This document shows positions 38,149 through 51,082 of a DNA stretch of 64,000 nucleotides, in pieces. Source of the stretch: the human T2T-CHM13v2.0 reference genome, Homo sapiens; assembly GCF_009914755.1 (NCBI RefSeq), contig NC_060928.1; one strand, written 5' to 3'. How positions within the stretch are numbered: the first letter of the stretch is position 1; each line of letters starts with the position of its first letter. Under the pieces are notes generated by a model. It was not told the DNA's origin, did no database searches, and saw only the letters and a list, made by a program, of their open reading frames with translations. The position numbers were made by a program, and so were the translations under genes.

Positions 38149-39689
38149 AGATATTTGGGGGAGACCTACTAGTTACTTTTGATGAAGAAACCAAAAAGGC
38201 AGAATATAGAAGGATATAGTCAGGAAATAAATGTCTAAACCTAAAACAAAAATAAAAGAACAATTTTTAAAATTCTAAAGCAACAGTGTGCTATTCTTCC
38301 TATCAAAAACAGAAAGGAAACATGTGCAATTAAAAAGTAAATTGGACTTTATAGAGCTTACCTGGAATTTGTAGGAGAACTGGAGTTAATCAGTGGAAAA
38401 TTGAACCACTGAGAATTGGAACTTTTGCTTTAGAAGTAAAGAAATAGAAAGTTCTTTCCTCATGTTTCTGAAACAGCAAATAGATGATACTTATGGTTTA
38501 GAAAATTAAAGCTCTGAAAAGAAGCACACAACTTTGCAAAGTAGCAAAACACAAAAAAGAAACAACAAAAAAAATCATCTGCTAAGTCTCTGAGTCTCTG
38601 AAAACACAGGTTAAGAAATGTAAATAGCAGCACCTTAAATTCAGGAATCTGTTAAGAATGGCCCTCTAGTTAGTTTAGTGATGATACCAGGAGAAACCTT
38701 CTTATAAGGTAGTAGCAAGAGTCACTACAGCACAAGACAAAAAATTGGTGATCCCATTTGAGTTGAAAAAATACAGAGACAGCATGAATTTGGTCATGTG
38801 TTGAATCAAGACAATTATGTCATTTAAAAGGCTGACTGCTACAAATGTGAAGTATTAATACCTACTTACAGTGAAAATAGAAGCTCAGATACCAGAAAGA
38901 GTTCACAATAAATCTGGCATTAGAATGTAAAGCTGATGCAGAGCTCTTTTTATTTTTTATTCACACATGGTAATTTTGGAGCAGTGAAAAATATGAAAAG
39001 TTTGGGGTTAGAATAGAGTGAAAAGAGGCTCAGGCTACAGCTACTAATATTAAGCATATAAACAACATCTCTATTTCCGAAAGAATTATCAGCAATTCAG
39101 AATTTAAATGAATTTGGAGTTTAACATCTTTGAAATGCAATTTCTACAATCAGGAAGGGAATTTTTTCTTTTTGTATTTTGATTTCTCTTTGGAAATATA
39201 ATAGTGAGGTATGATTCATGTTGTTAATGACCCCTTTTATGTGGTATAATTCGACTCATTTCTGGGCTCTGAAATCTTCTGGTGAAGCAAGATAGATAGC
39301 AAAACTCTTCAAAAGTTGAAATATTTAATGATACAGTAGTAAAATTTTCAGCCTAATACAAAAATTTCAGAGACCAATGGAACTACCCATTTTAGTGATT
39401 CCAAGAATAAAAATAGAGATATAGGTATAGATATAAATATAGATACAGATATACATCAGAAGGTTACCCCAAGGTGAATCCAGGACTTTCTTTAAAGACT
39501 GCTGGTCTCCTTCCCATCATAAAGAAGCACTACATTCTGGTTGACCATAGTTTCTCCGAGTAATTGCAATGAGCTAAGAAAGAAGCAAGTACTGGGGAGT
39601 ATTAGGGGAAAATACTCTATGTATCATAGCCTAGCAAAGCAACCTATCACAGTGAATAAAAATGTAGTTATAATTTCTAATTTCAAAAA

Positions 39690-39850
39690 TTATTTACCTT
39701 GGTCAGTTTGCTTAGTCTCCCTCTGCTTAGATTGTCCATTTTCAAAATAGGGTCAATAAGTATCTACCTCAAATGATTGCTGTGAAGATTAAATGAAGGA
39801 AGGAGAAAGCCAAGTAGAGTGACTCATTAAGAACTCAATCAATTTTGGAT
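39690..39850 (+). mobile_element. MIR fragment
   Basis: ACCTTGGTCAGTTTGCTTAGTCTCCCTCTGCTTAGATTGTCCATTTTCAAAATAGGG...TGCTGTGAAGATTAAATGA is the MIR core. Confidence 0.75.
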
Positions 39851-39959
39851 AAGATTCAGATTATTATCTTATGTCAAATTAAATACCCTTCTGTCTACCT
39901 ATACCAATTTTTCTTCTTTGTCTGTCCCTCAGGATCACATCCTCCACTGGAGAAAAAAA

Positions 39960-40170
39960 GTATAGCAAAATGGTAAAGAACATTGGTTCTGGAGCCAGAT
40001 TTTCTAGGCCAAATTCCAGTTCATGATATTATTTCAGGGAAGATATCCTCATTGGACTTCAACTTTCTTCTCTGTACTTACTTTGCAGGGTTGTTATGAG
40101 TATTGAATGAGTTGATATATGTGAACTGCTTAGAACATTGCATGCGTACACTATGCATGTATTAAAGTAC
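39960..40170 (+). mobile_element. MIR
   Basis: TGGTAAAGAACATTGGTTCTGGAGCCAGA...CAGGGTTGTTATGAGTATTGAATGAGTTGATATATGTGAACTGCTTAGAACA. Confidence 0.8.
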
Positions 40171-40213
40171 ATGATGTACACTATATAAGCATTACTTTTA
40201 TCAGTATGATTGA

Positions 40214-40790
40214 TGTGATGGCTAATATTAGCTATCAACTTGATTGGATTGAAGGATACTGAGATAGCTGGTAAAGTATTGTTTCTGGGTGTTTTTTTGA
40301 GAGTGTTGCCAAAGATTAACATTTGAGTCTGTGGACTGGGAGAGGAAGACCCAACCTCAGTGTGGATGGGCACCATCCAAAAGGCTGCCACTGAAACTAG
40401 AACAAAGCAGGCGGAAAAAGGTGGGGTAAGCTGGCTTTCAGAATCTTCTGGTTTTCATCTTTCTCTCATGCTGGATGCTTCTGTCCATTCCTCCTGCCCT
40501 TGGAAATTGGACTCTAGGTTCTTCAGTCTTCAGACTCTTGGACTTGCACCAGTGGTTTGCCGGGGGATCTCAGACCTTTGGCCACAGACAGAAGGTTGCA
40601 CTATTGGTGTCCCTACTTTTGAGGCTTTTGGACTGAAACTACTACAGGTTTCTTTCTTCCTCATCTTGCAGACGGCCTATCATGGAACTTTGCCCTATGA
40701 GCTTATAAGCCAATTCTCCTTAATAAACTCTCTTTCATGTACACATATACCCTATTAGTTCTGTCCCTCTGGAGAACCCTGACTAATACA
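40214..40790 (+). mobile_element. MLT2 (ERVL) solo LTR, MLT2A/B type
   Basis: TGTGATGGCTAATATT...CAACTTGATTGGATTGAAGGAT at the start and TCTGTCCCTCTGGAGAACCCTGACTAATACA at the end. AATAAA at ~40722. Perfect 5-bp TSD ATTGA. Confidence 0.95.
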
Positions 40791-43700
40791 ATTGATGAGA
40801 GCCTAGGCATTCTGTGGATCTCATTTTACCACTTTACCTTAATGACCAGAGTCCCTGCTTGACCCTTCCTCTTGAATTTTTTGCTCAGTATGACCTGGCT
40901 GTGGTGAAAACATGCCTGTCTCCTAGGCAGACGACACAATGTCTCTCTGTGCCTGATGTGCCCTGTTACATTTCAGTGGCAGTAGGAGTGGGGCAGAGTA
41001 GGAGATCCCACTTAGGCCTCCACTCTACCAAACTCTGACTCATCTTTTCCCCCCATAATCCACATTAGAGGATTAGGAAATTATAAAGCTATTTGATAAT
41101 CTATTCTCAAACTAATTAATTAAACAGCCTCTCTAGGAACCTCATGAGAATGGACAGAGAAGTATTTTACAGGATTCAGGTTCAGGCATTTCTGAATTCC
41201 TAAGGATAACAACACAACACCCCTATAACTTCATTCTTTAACTAACATGACATCTCTGATTTTAAGCTCATTTTAAAATATTTATAAAATTACGAAATAC
41301 CATAGAGAGACATAGTATAAAACTAAATACAAAGTTTAAGACCATTACTAAAATGAATTTCCAGTCCTCATTACCTATAAAAAGAAATCGAATATTTCAA
41401 TTACCCAATATTACAAGATTTTGTTAATTTGTTTCCTTACAGTAAGGGATATAACATTCTCATCATAAAATTTTCTTTTTCCTTTTTAAAAAATTAAATG
41501 CACAATATTCAGTATTAGTATATTCCTAGGAAATATATTCCTGTCAGAATATAAACAGGAGACCATTATTTACCAATGCAAAACATAATAACATTACATA
41601 TTTTGGACATTCTGAATTTCAGCTCTTGGTATAAATATCATGTACTCTGGTATCAAGATTTCCAACCCCCTCCAATGCTGCCATCTTTCACTTTACATAT
41701 TTTACTAAGTATAATTCATTCAATAGTAAAAACAACAACAACAACAACAAAACACACACACATTAAACATTTGCTCTCCTGACAAGTCCTAGGCCTGACT
41801 TTCTCTGCTGAGTTTTATCTTTAAACTCATAGACTTTTTAATAGTTGGCAGTGTGGAAGACCATCAGTTAACCCCTCAAAGCTGAATTTCCAAAATAGAT
41901 CCAACATTGTCTTATCAAGTTTCTTGTCTGGAGTAGACTATTTTTTAACATGAAAAATCTCTCTGCATAGACACTAAATAGGCCTGAAAAGTTGAAAAGG
42001 CACAACCAACAATATGTTCCTTATTTTTTTGTTTACGCTTGTAAACTGTTTTTACTACTTGGTCTCAAATATCCAACAGGATTATAGAAAGGACTTCTTC
42101 CAAAATACCATTGAAAAACTATTTTACACCTAGATGTGTGAATGGAGAGATACTTTCTGGAGGGAAAATCTAAGTAACAAAATAAGAATTTTATATTTCC
42201 TTGACATAGTAACTCAAATTGTAGGGAATTTAAATGTTTAGACACATGTATAAAGACATATATGGTAAAATTGTAGTAGTTTTGTTTTTCTTGTTTCTGT
42301 TCATTGACAAAGTAAAAATAATCTAAATATCTATTAATAGATTAATTATAATGACTTTATACAACAGAATGTTACTTAAAAAGAATCTGAAAGACTTATG
42401 TGTATTAAAATGGTTCAAAATAGATTCATTGAAAAGAGATTTAAGCGAACAAATATATTATAATTTCACTTTTATATTTGCACATGCACACATACACACA
42501 CATGCACACATTTTAACAGAGAAAAAAGAATGAGAAAATAAATGGGCCTCTTTGGAGATGTGCTTCCCCTCTACATTATCATCTAACTTTCACAAGCATT
42601 CCAATATGGATTATGTAAAATTAACTACTCAATATATTTAAAGTACTTTTATAATCTCTGAAAGATGAAGTAATGTATGTAGAGCAAGTTAATTTATAAA
42701 AAGACAGAGAAACTGAATATTGGATTGTTCTTGTTGAAGAAGACAAAAAAAGCAATGTAATGGTGTTAAGAGAAGCTTTGTTAGTAATTTGCTTAAGTCC
42801 AAATTTTTGCCAATGAATTTAAATTTGGGGGTTCCTTACAACATTTGAAGTAACCTCTGATGAGCCAGACTTAAGAGGATAGACTCCTCACGTCAAAAGA
42901 ATTAGCTGATATAGCTCCCATTTGTTTATTCCCTACCAGTGTGAAAATTATGTAAATTGATATTTTGCTCTTGTACTTGTTAATAGAATAGAACATCCAA
43001 TTCCTGAAATTTTCTCTGATACCCAGAGTTAACAACATGCCATTTCTGCGGGGAGTTTCAAGAATAAAACAACATCAAGCTATGTAATCACTGTATAAAA
43101 AAGCCAAAAGATACAATTAAGAACAGAATCTCACACATAAAAGCAAATAAAAGGAAAAAACCCTCTCACTGAAACCTTAGCCTCTTCTCACAATTCATTT
43201 ATATTTCCCTTCCCTGTTATTATCCTACCATCAAAATCCCATATATGAAACTCAAAGCAACCTTAAAGTATACACTTGCAACTAAATGTTAGCCTTTCAC
43301 TTCTCATGACTTCCACATTTTCTGCTTCACCCTTTTTAACAAATGCTTTCATTTGCTATAAATGACTATCATTGAGTTCCCTTTATTAATTACTTGAGGG
43401 GTGTTTGTATGTGTGTGTGCTTGTGTGCGCCCACGCGCATGCACGTGTGTGTTTTCAATTTATTGCATAGGGTAACACTGGATATGCAAGGGAACATGTT
43501 CTGGTAATAATAGGGTCTTCAAGAGCCACTCGCTGAGGAGCAAATGGTTAACACTTTCACCTGTATGTTGAATAGACCTTGACAGTATTAACAGGCTTTG
43601 CATACACCTACTTGTCAACTAGTCTTTAAATCTGCTTTCCCATTCTGAACTGCACAGATATGCAAAAGGTTTCTTATTTGGGAAAAATGTAGTACATTAT

Positions 43701-45624
43701 TGGGTAACTATTAAGCTGTCTATAATATAGCCAAAAAATACAAATAGTTACTTGTATTACAGAGGCCTCCCCTGAGAATTTTAAAGACCACAATTTGCTG
43801 CTTTCTAATTCTGGATTTCTGGCATAAAAATAAAACATATTTGGAATGGGGGCGGTGTATAACATCCATAAGGCTATTTCAAGAAAATAAAACATATTTA
43901 ATTTCATTTAATATCCAGAGTGGTATTGCTTTATGAGAAATGTAGTCTTATTGAAATTTTATGGCAATATTTTGTTGAGTTTGAATCCTGTAGGAAGAGC
44001 TCATTCCACTGTATATTCATCTACTTGAATATTTTCCACTGACAGTCAAACAAAGATTGTATTATTTGGCTAACAGCCAAAGGTAAACTTTTGAAGTATT
44101 ATAAGTGTCATGTTCAGAACACTCCACGATTGCAGTATTTATGAAGCCAAGTTTTGCAAGACACACGGGCTCAGGAAATCCATTGTTGAACCTCAGTGAT
44201 CTGCAGTAACTTCTACTCTATTCTCAAGATTTGAGCTACGTGACTCCAGACAGAGAGCTGTTCACTATATGAGATGATTGTCATTAGAGGTACATTCCAA
44301 TAATTAAAGGACATTCTGAATTTTTCCCCCAGAAGTATATTCCTGAACCACAAAAATGTATTCATCATCCATACACACATCAATACCTAAAACCCATACT
44401 CATGATTGATGGAGTTTTACATGTGGTGTTGTCCAAAGATGTCAAATATGTATACGTAAGATATACATCTTATAAATAATGTGTATGAGGTATAGCCATG
44501 TATCTAGCATTATTCCCCATAGCTTAAATTTAGACATTACATATATACTCAAGTACATATATAAGCCTATATATGCATCAACAATTCTGGAAAGATATAC
44601 AAGAAATAATTATATAGAAAATACTCTAGGACATGTGACTAGGGAGTAGGGGATTTACAAGGGAAATGTTTGTCATCACATGCCTTTCCAAATTGTTCAT
44701 TTTTTAAGCCATATGTACAATTTTATAATTTTAAACTAGTTTATAAATATGTATGTATACAATTAAAGAAAATATGTTATCAATCATATAAGCAGGTATA
44801 CAATTAATTTTCTATTAAAACCAAGAAAAATTAATTCAAAAGAAAAATGTTAGTGATATTTACAGATCTACCACTGCTGAACAAAAAATTCAGAGTCTGA
44901 TTTTCTTATGTCATATATATATATATATACCCTTAATCAAAATTTAAGTTTTTTATATATTTACCAATATCGGATATTTTACCCAGAGAGAACAAAGACT
45001 CACACAAATAAATATTTACGCTTACTGATGACAATGTTCTCTCACTAACTTAGGTATCTCTTCTAACAAGGAAGTGGTTACTCTTGATGAACATCGGAGA
45101 CTTCATCTCCTTGCTTAGAGCTCACATCTAAATTAAAAAGAACAAGTAATATCTCCAAGATAAAATAATTTTGAGCAATCTTGGAGCTGTTACCATAGAA
45201 GTTGGCACAAGAAAGGAGTAAATATCTTTAGAGTTGAGCTACAGTGGAAAATTTAAGGTATCTCATATACTTGAATAAAACACTCTCAAGTATAGAGCAG
45301 AGGCTGAAGTCAAAGGGGTGTGCCTAAATTTCAAGGAATATGCCCTTTGCTTTAAGAGATAAATGAGGAACATAAAAATGATTTTCTTCCACATAATCTG
45401 TGAAGACAATGTCCAAAGTAGGGAACAAAAAATTGAAGGAGTGTAATATGAAGACAAGAAAGCAGGCTCCACTGTGATCCTTTGCAGTAAGATTGTATTA
45501 CATCACTACTCAACCTGGAAACTAGCTCTGTTCATCTCTGTGTCAGTCCGATGGCCAACTCTGGATTAGGAAATTGTTTTCAACGAGCAACACTCTAGAT
45601 CTATACAATTTCTTTTTCTGAGAA

Positions 45625-46155
45625 TTCCCATGTGTCCTTTTTCTTCCTCCTCACAGTTTCCCCTGTTAACATCTAGTGTTACTGTAATACATTTGTTACA
45701 ATTGATAACCAGCATTAATACATCCTTGTTAACTAAAACCCACAGTTTACACTAGCCTTTACTCTTTGTGTTGTACATTTTATGATTCGACAAATGATGT
45801 TACATACCCACCATCACAGTGTCATGTAGAATAGCCTCACTGCCCAAAAAATCACCTGTGCTCTACATAGCCATTCCTCCCGCCCTCCTTCAAACCTCTG
45901 GAAATCACTGATCTTTTTACTATCTCTATAGGAAGTCATACAGTCAGAATCATATAGTATGTAGCCTTTTCAGACAGATTTCTTTAATTACCCAAATATG
46001 CATTTAAGGGTCCTCTATGTCTTTAGTGCATTTCATTTTATTACTGAATAATATTCCATTGTATGGCTAACCACATTTTGCTTTGCTTATCCATTCGGTT
46101 TTGAAGGACATCTTGGTTGTTTCCAGATCCAAGCACTTTTGAGTAAAGTTACCAC
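45625..46155 (-). mobile_element. L1MC/MD 3' end fragment
   Basis: ACATTTGTTACAATTGATAACCAGCATTAATACAT...ACTCTTTGTGTTGTACATTTTATG and GAAGGACATCTTGGTTGTTTCCAG. Confidence 0.85.
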
Positions 46156-47160
46156 TCTTCCAGCCCTTCTCTGAGCTTACCTGCTGTTTCATGTGGGTGA
46201 TTGGCAGTTGTATTATTCTTCTCTCTTGCCCTTTGTTGGGACACTGAATTATAAATGATGTATCTTTAGTTTCTCAGATGCAATATTTCCTGTCTTTTCC
46301 TTAACCTTTTTGCTTTTCTGGCAACTCCTGAATGAAAGGACATCTGTTAGATTCACTGGACTTCTGCTTGCTACAAAGACCAATTCCCTGCATCTTGATA
46401 GTTTAGAACCTGTGCTTGAAACAGGAATACATCTGCTCTTAAAACTATTCATGGGAAGAAATATTAGAGGCCCTGATATATTACCTTTGCCCTTGTAGAT
46501 TTTGATCCATTCATCTGTGATTACTGAAATCATAAAGTTAAATCTTAACACTGGTAATCTTAAATCAGGAGTGCAGAATGTGGGGGGAAAATAAATGGTG
46601 GGAGGGGGATAGAGAAAAACACCTGGAAAATTTCAAGTCTCTCATATAGATTTTAACAGGAATTTAAGCTCACCATTCTTCAGAAAGAGTGGGCCTGATA
46701 ATATTATTGATCATTTAAATAGCATATATGAAAAAATCACATATTTAGCATAAGCCAAACCTTTAATAGATGAAATTCCTATTCAAGGAATAGACCATTT
46801 TCAAAACTGTTCCTAATGACTACTACATAAATTAATGTATTGTGATGTCTCTAATTGTTTTTAATATCCTAAAATTAACACATCATTATAACTTATGTTT
46901 TTGTATACATGAAACCTTTACTTTGAAATTTATGTTAGAGATGTCATTCAATAAACCTTGGCCACTTATTCATCTTTAGATCTTGTGTTAAAATCTGCTG
47001 ACCAAGTAATAGTGGCTTATGTTTGGGGATTAAAAATTTCCAAATACCAGAAAATCAGAGACATATTAACTGGTTCATATCTTACTTTTTTTTTTACAAT
47101 AAGACATGACTCAATCACAGGCAAATATGGAAAAATAAACTACAAAATTGGAGAAAAGGA

Positions 47161-47990
47161 TGTGGTATACAGACTAATACATCCCCCTAAAGATGTTGCA
47201 GAGTCCTAGTCCCTTGAATATGTGAATACGTTACTTTATTTGGCAAGAAGGCCTTTGCAGAGGTGATTAAGTTCAGTATCTTGAGAAGTGGAGAGTATCC
47301 CAAATTATCCAGGTGAGTCCATGTAATCACAAGGGTCCTTACAGGATTGAGGCAGGGATTTAAGGTTAGACAAAGAGATATGAAGATGGAACGAGAGGTC
47401 TAAGTGATGTGGTCACATGCCAAGTAATTCACATGGCTTCTAGTAGCTGGAAAGCAAGTTTCACGGTCCGTAAAATAAGTGTCTTAGTCTATTTGGGCTA
47501 CTATAACAAAATATCAAAAACTGGGTAGTCTATAAACAACAGAAATTTACTTCTTACAATTCTAGAGGCCAAGAAGTTGATCAAGGCACCAGCATATTCA
47601 ATGTCTGATGAGGGTTTACTCTCTGATTCATAAATGGCACCTTTTATGTCATCCTCATATGACAGAATTTTCAAGGCAGCTCTCTGGGGCCTCTTTTATA
47701 ATGGCACTAAGCAACTGTCAAAAAGCTCTACCTTTCAATATCATCACTTTGTGGGTTAAGACTTAACATATGAATTTGGGAGGTATGCATTTAGACCAAA
47801 GCAGCAAGAAACAGATTTACCCCTAGCACCTCCAGAAGAACTCAGTTCTGCTGACACCTCGATTTTAGTCCTAGAAGATGCATTTCACATTCTGAGTTCC
47901 AAAACTGTACAATAATAAATCTATGTGCTTGAAAGCCACTAAATTTATGGTATTAATAATTTGTTACAGCAGCAATAAGAAATGAATACA
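47161..47990 (+). mobile_element. MLT1D-like MaLR LTR split by an MST LTR
   Basis: TGTGGTATACAGACTAAT...GAATATGTGAATACGTTACTTTATTTGGCAAG start and TTTGTTACAGCAGCAATAAGAAATGAATACA end. Confidence 0.9.
47480..47803 (-). mobile_element. MST-family (MSTC/D-like) MaLR solo LTR nested in MLT1D
   Basis: TGTCTTAGTCTATTTGGGCTACTATAACAAAATA...TATAAACAACAGAAATTTACTTCTTACAATTCTAGAGGC...CATTTAGACCAAAGCA. Confidence 0.88.
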
Positions 47991-48619
47991 AAGAATAACT
48001 GTTTCCCAGCCATTTGCTCCTTGCTCTCACAGGCATTTTGTTATTGTTATTGTTGTTATTTTTATTTTTATGCTCTACTTTATCTCCAGCTCCTTGTCCT
48101 CTAGCTTCTATGAAATCGTAACCAACCAATGGGTGGGTAGGTAACTGGAGAGTGAGAGGAAGGAAGCATCCAAGGCATTCTCCTCTTATTCAGGGGAGTT
48201 CCCTCTGGACTGTGTCTACCCTAAGATGCCAGCTTCTAGTGGATAGAACTGCCCTGTTTACTTAAAAGTAGAAGTAATAATTTATATACCTCAAAGAGGT
48301 TAACATTTTTAGAGCAGATATTTTATGACATTTATTTATTTATTTTTAGTTCCAGTATATTTGTTATCCTACAAATGTATGCTGGGTGAAAAAAGTAATT
48401 TGTTAAAACCTGCACATTTTGTTCAGAATGTTCTCCCAAATTTATCTCAAGCTTGCAATATGCCACCCACACCAGATCTCCCATTATCCCAAACTCAGAT
48501 TCTTGTACTACCTAATTTTGGATTGTTATAACTTATAATATTTCTCAGCTTGTGGTTTATTTTGAAATTTGCAACAATTGCCCAGCTTGGATCTACAGTA
48601 CATGCTATCTCCTTTCCTC

Positions 48620-49323
<704 letters not shown>

Positions 49324-49618
49324 TAACTCCACATTTTAACTGCCTCAATATTCTTCTTTAATTTGACCGGGAAATACTTTCCACCTTCCAGTTCACTGAA
49401 CATTATCTCCATCTTTTTTCTGGAGCACTCTATCAAGGCAATTGATCTTAAAAGCTATAGCACATGCAGTTTTATTAAAAAGATACAAAGATAGTTTTCA
49501 CATTGACAAGCTGTTAATGAAAGTCTAAAGCAAAACACCTATTGCTTTCATAAAATTATGACAAAGTGGTGCAAATGTACCACTAAGTATTTTTTAATAG
49601 ATAGCTATTAAATAGATA

Positions 49619-51082
49619 CAGTCATGCACCACATACCAACGTTTCAGTCTATGTCAGACCACATAGACAATGGTAGTCCCATAAGATTATAATAACCCTG
49701 AAAAATTCCTATCAGCCATAGCTTCCATAACGTCATAGCTCAATAAATTACTCACGTGTTTATGGTGATGCTAAGGTAAACAAAATTACCGCACTGCCAG
49801 CTGTATAAAAGTCTAGCATATACAATTATGTACATCCATAATATTTGAAAAGGATAATAAACAACTATGTTACTGGTTTACGTATTTACTATAGTACACT
49901 TTTTATCATTTTTTTTTTATTTCTGGAGACAAAAATCTTGCTCTGTCCTTTAGACTAGAAGGCAGTGGCAAGGTCATAGCTCACTGCAACCTCAAACTCC
50001 TGGGCTTAAGTGGACTTACTCCTCCCGCCTCAGCCCCTGAGTATCTTGGACTACAGGCACATGGCACTATACCTGGCTAATTTTTTTGTTGGGGGGACAG
50101 GGTCTAGCTATGTTGCCCAGTCTGGTTTTAAACTCCTGGCCTCAAGCAATCCACCTGCCTTGGCTTCCCAAAGTGGAGATTACAGGCATAAGCCACCATG
50201 CCTAGCTTATTATTATTTCAGAGTGTACTCCTTCTACTTAAGAAAATTAACTTTAAAACATTCTCAAGTAGGTCCTTCAGAAGGTGTTCCAGAAAAAAAG
50301 GCATCATTATCACGGGAGATAGCTCCATGTATTATTGCCCCTGAAGACTGTCCAGTGGGACAAAACGTGGAGGTGGGAGACAGTGATTTTGATGATCTTG
50401 ACCCTGTGTAGGCCTGAACTGATGCGTATGTTTTTTCGTAGTTTTCTTTAAAAAAAGTTTAAAAATTTTTTTAAATTAAAAATTTTTTAAATGAATAAGG
50501 ATAGAAAGAAAGAAAATATTTTTGTACAGCTGTACAGTATTTATGCCTTAAGCTAAGTGCTATTGTAAAAGAGTGAAAAGAGTTTAATAAAAAGTCTATA
50601 AAGTGAAAAATGTTACAATAAGCTAAGTTTAATTTATTTTTGAAGAAAAAAATAATTGTATGAATTTAATGTAGCTGCAGTGTATAGTGTTTATAAAGTC
50701 TATAACAGTGTACAGCAATGTTCTAGGCTCATCACTCACTCACTGATTCACCCAGAGCAACTTCCAGTCCTGCACACTTTATTCATGGTAAATGCCCTAT
50801 ACAGGTGTGCCATTTTTTATCTTTTAAACCATATTTTTACTGTACCTTTCTTGTGTTTAGATATACAAATACCATTGTGTTACAATTGCCTACGGTTTTC
50901 AGCACAGTAATATGCTGTACAGGTTTGTAGCCTAGAAGAAATGGGGTGTACATAGCCTAGGCATGTAATAAGCTATATCATCTAGGCTTGTCTAAGTACA
51001 CTCTAAGATGTTCATAGAGTAAAGAAATCACCTAACAAGTATGTCTCAGAACATATTCTCATAATTAAGTCATGTGGGACTG
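49619..51082. mobile_element. Tigger3 (Golem, Tigger3b-like) non-autonomous DNA transposon
   Basis: Termini CAGTCATGCACCACATA... and ...TCATGTGGGACTG with TA duplication. Internal GGTAGTCCCATAAGATTATAAT and TAGGCTTGTCTAAGTACACTCTAAGATGTTC. Confidence 0.92.
49909..50206 (-). mobile_element. AluJ nested in Tigger3
   Basis: Diverged antisense Alu with J-type CATAGCTCACTGCAACCTCAAACTCCTGGGCTTAAG and AACTCCTGGCCTCAAGCAATCC. Confidence 0.93.

Noticed and set aside
37300-39400. Possible very old LINE (CR1/L3 or RTE-like) remnant
   Set aside because: Only a vague purine-rich resemblance, so I cannot support a family or boundaries without an HMM search.
40360-40758. 132-aa ORF
   Set aside because: It lies wholly within the MLT2 LTR, starts at a non-ATG codon and has no domain similarity I recognise.
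48000-48260. Possible LTR33-like fragment
   Set aside because: Only a short CCAATGGG...GGAGAGTGAGAGG resemblance, too weak to list as a feature.
50010-50411. 133-aa ORF, the longest in the window
   Set aside because: It is a read-through of antisense AluJ into Tigger3 sequence, not a transposase or host gene.
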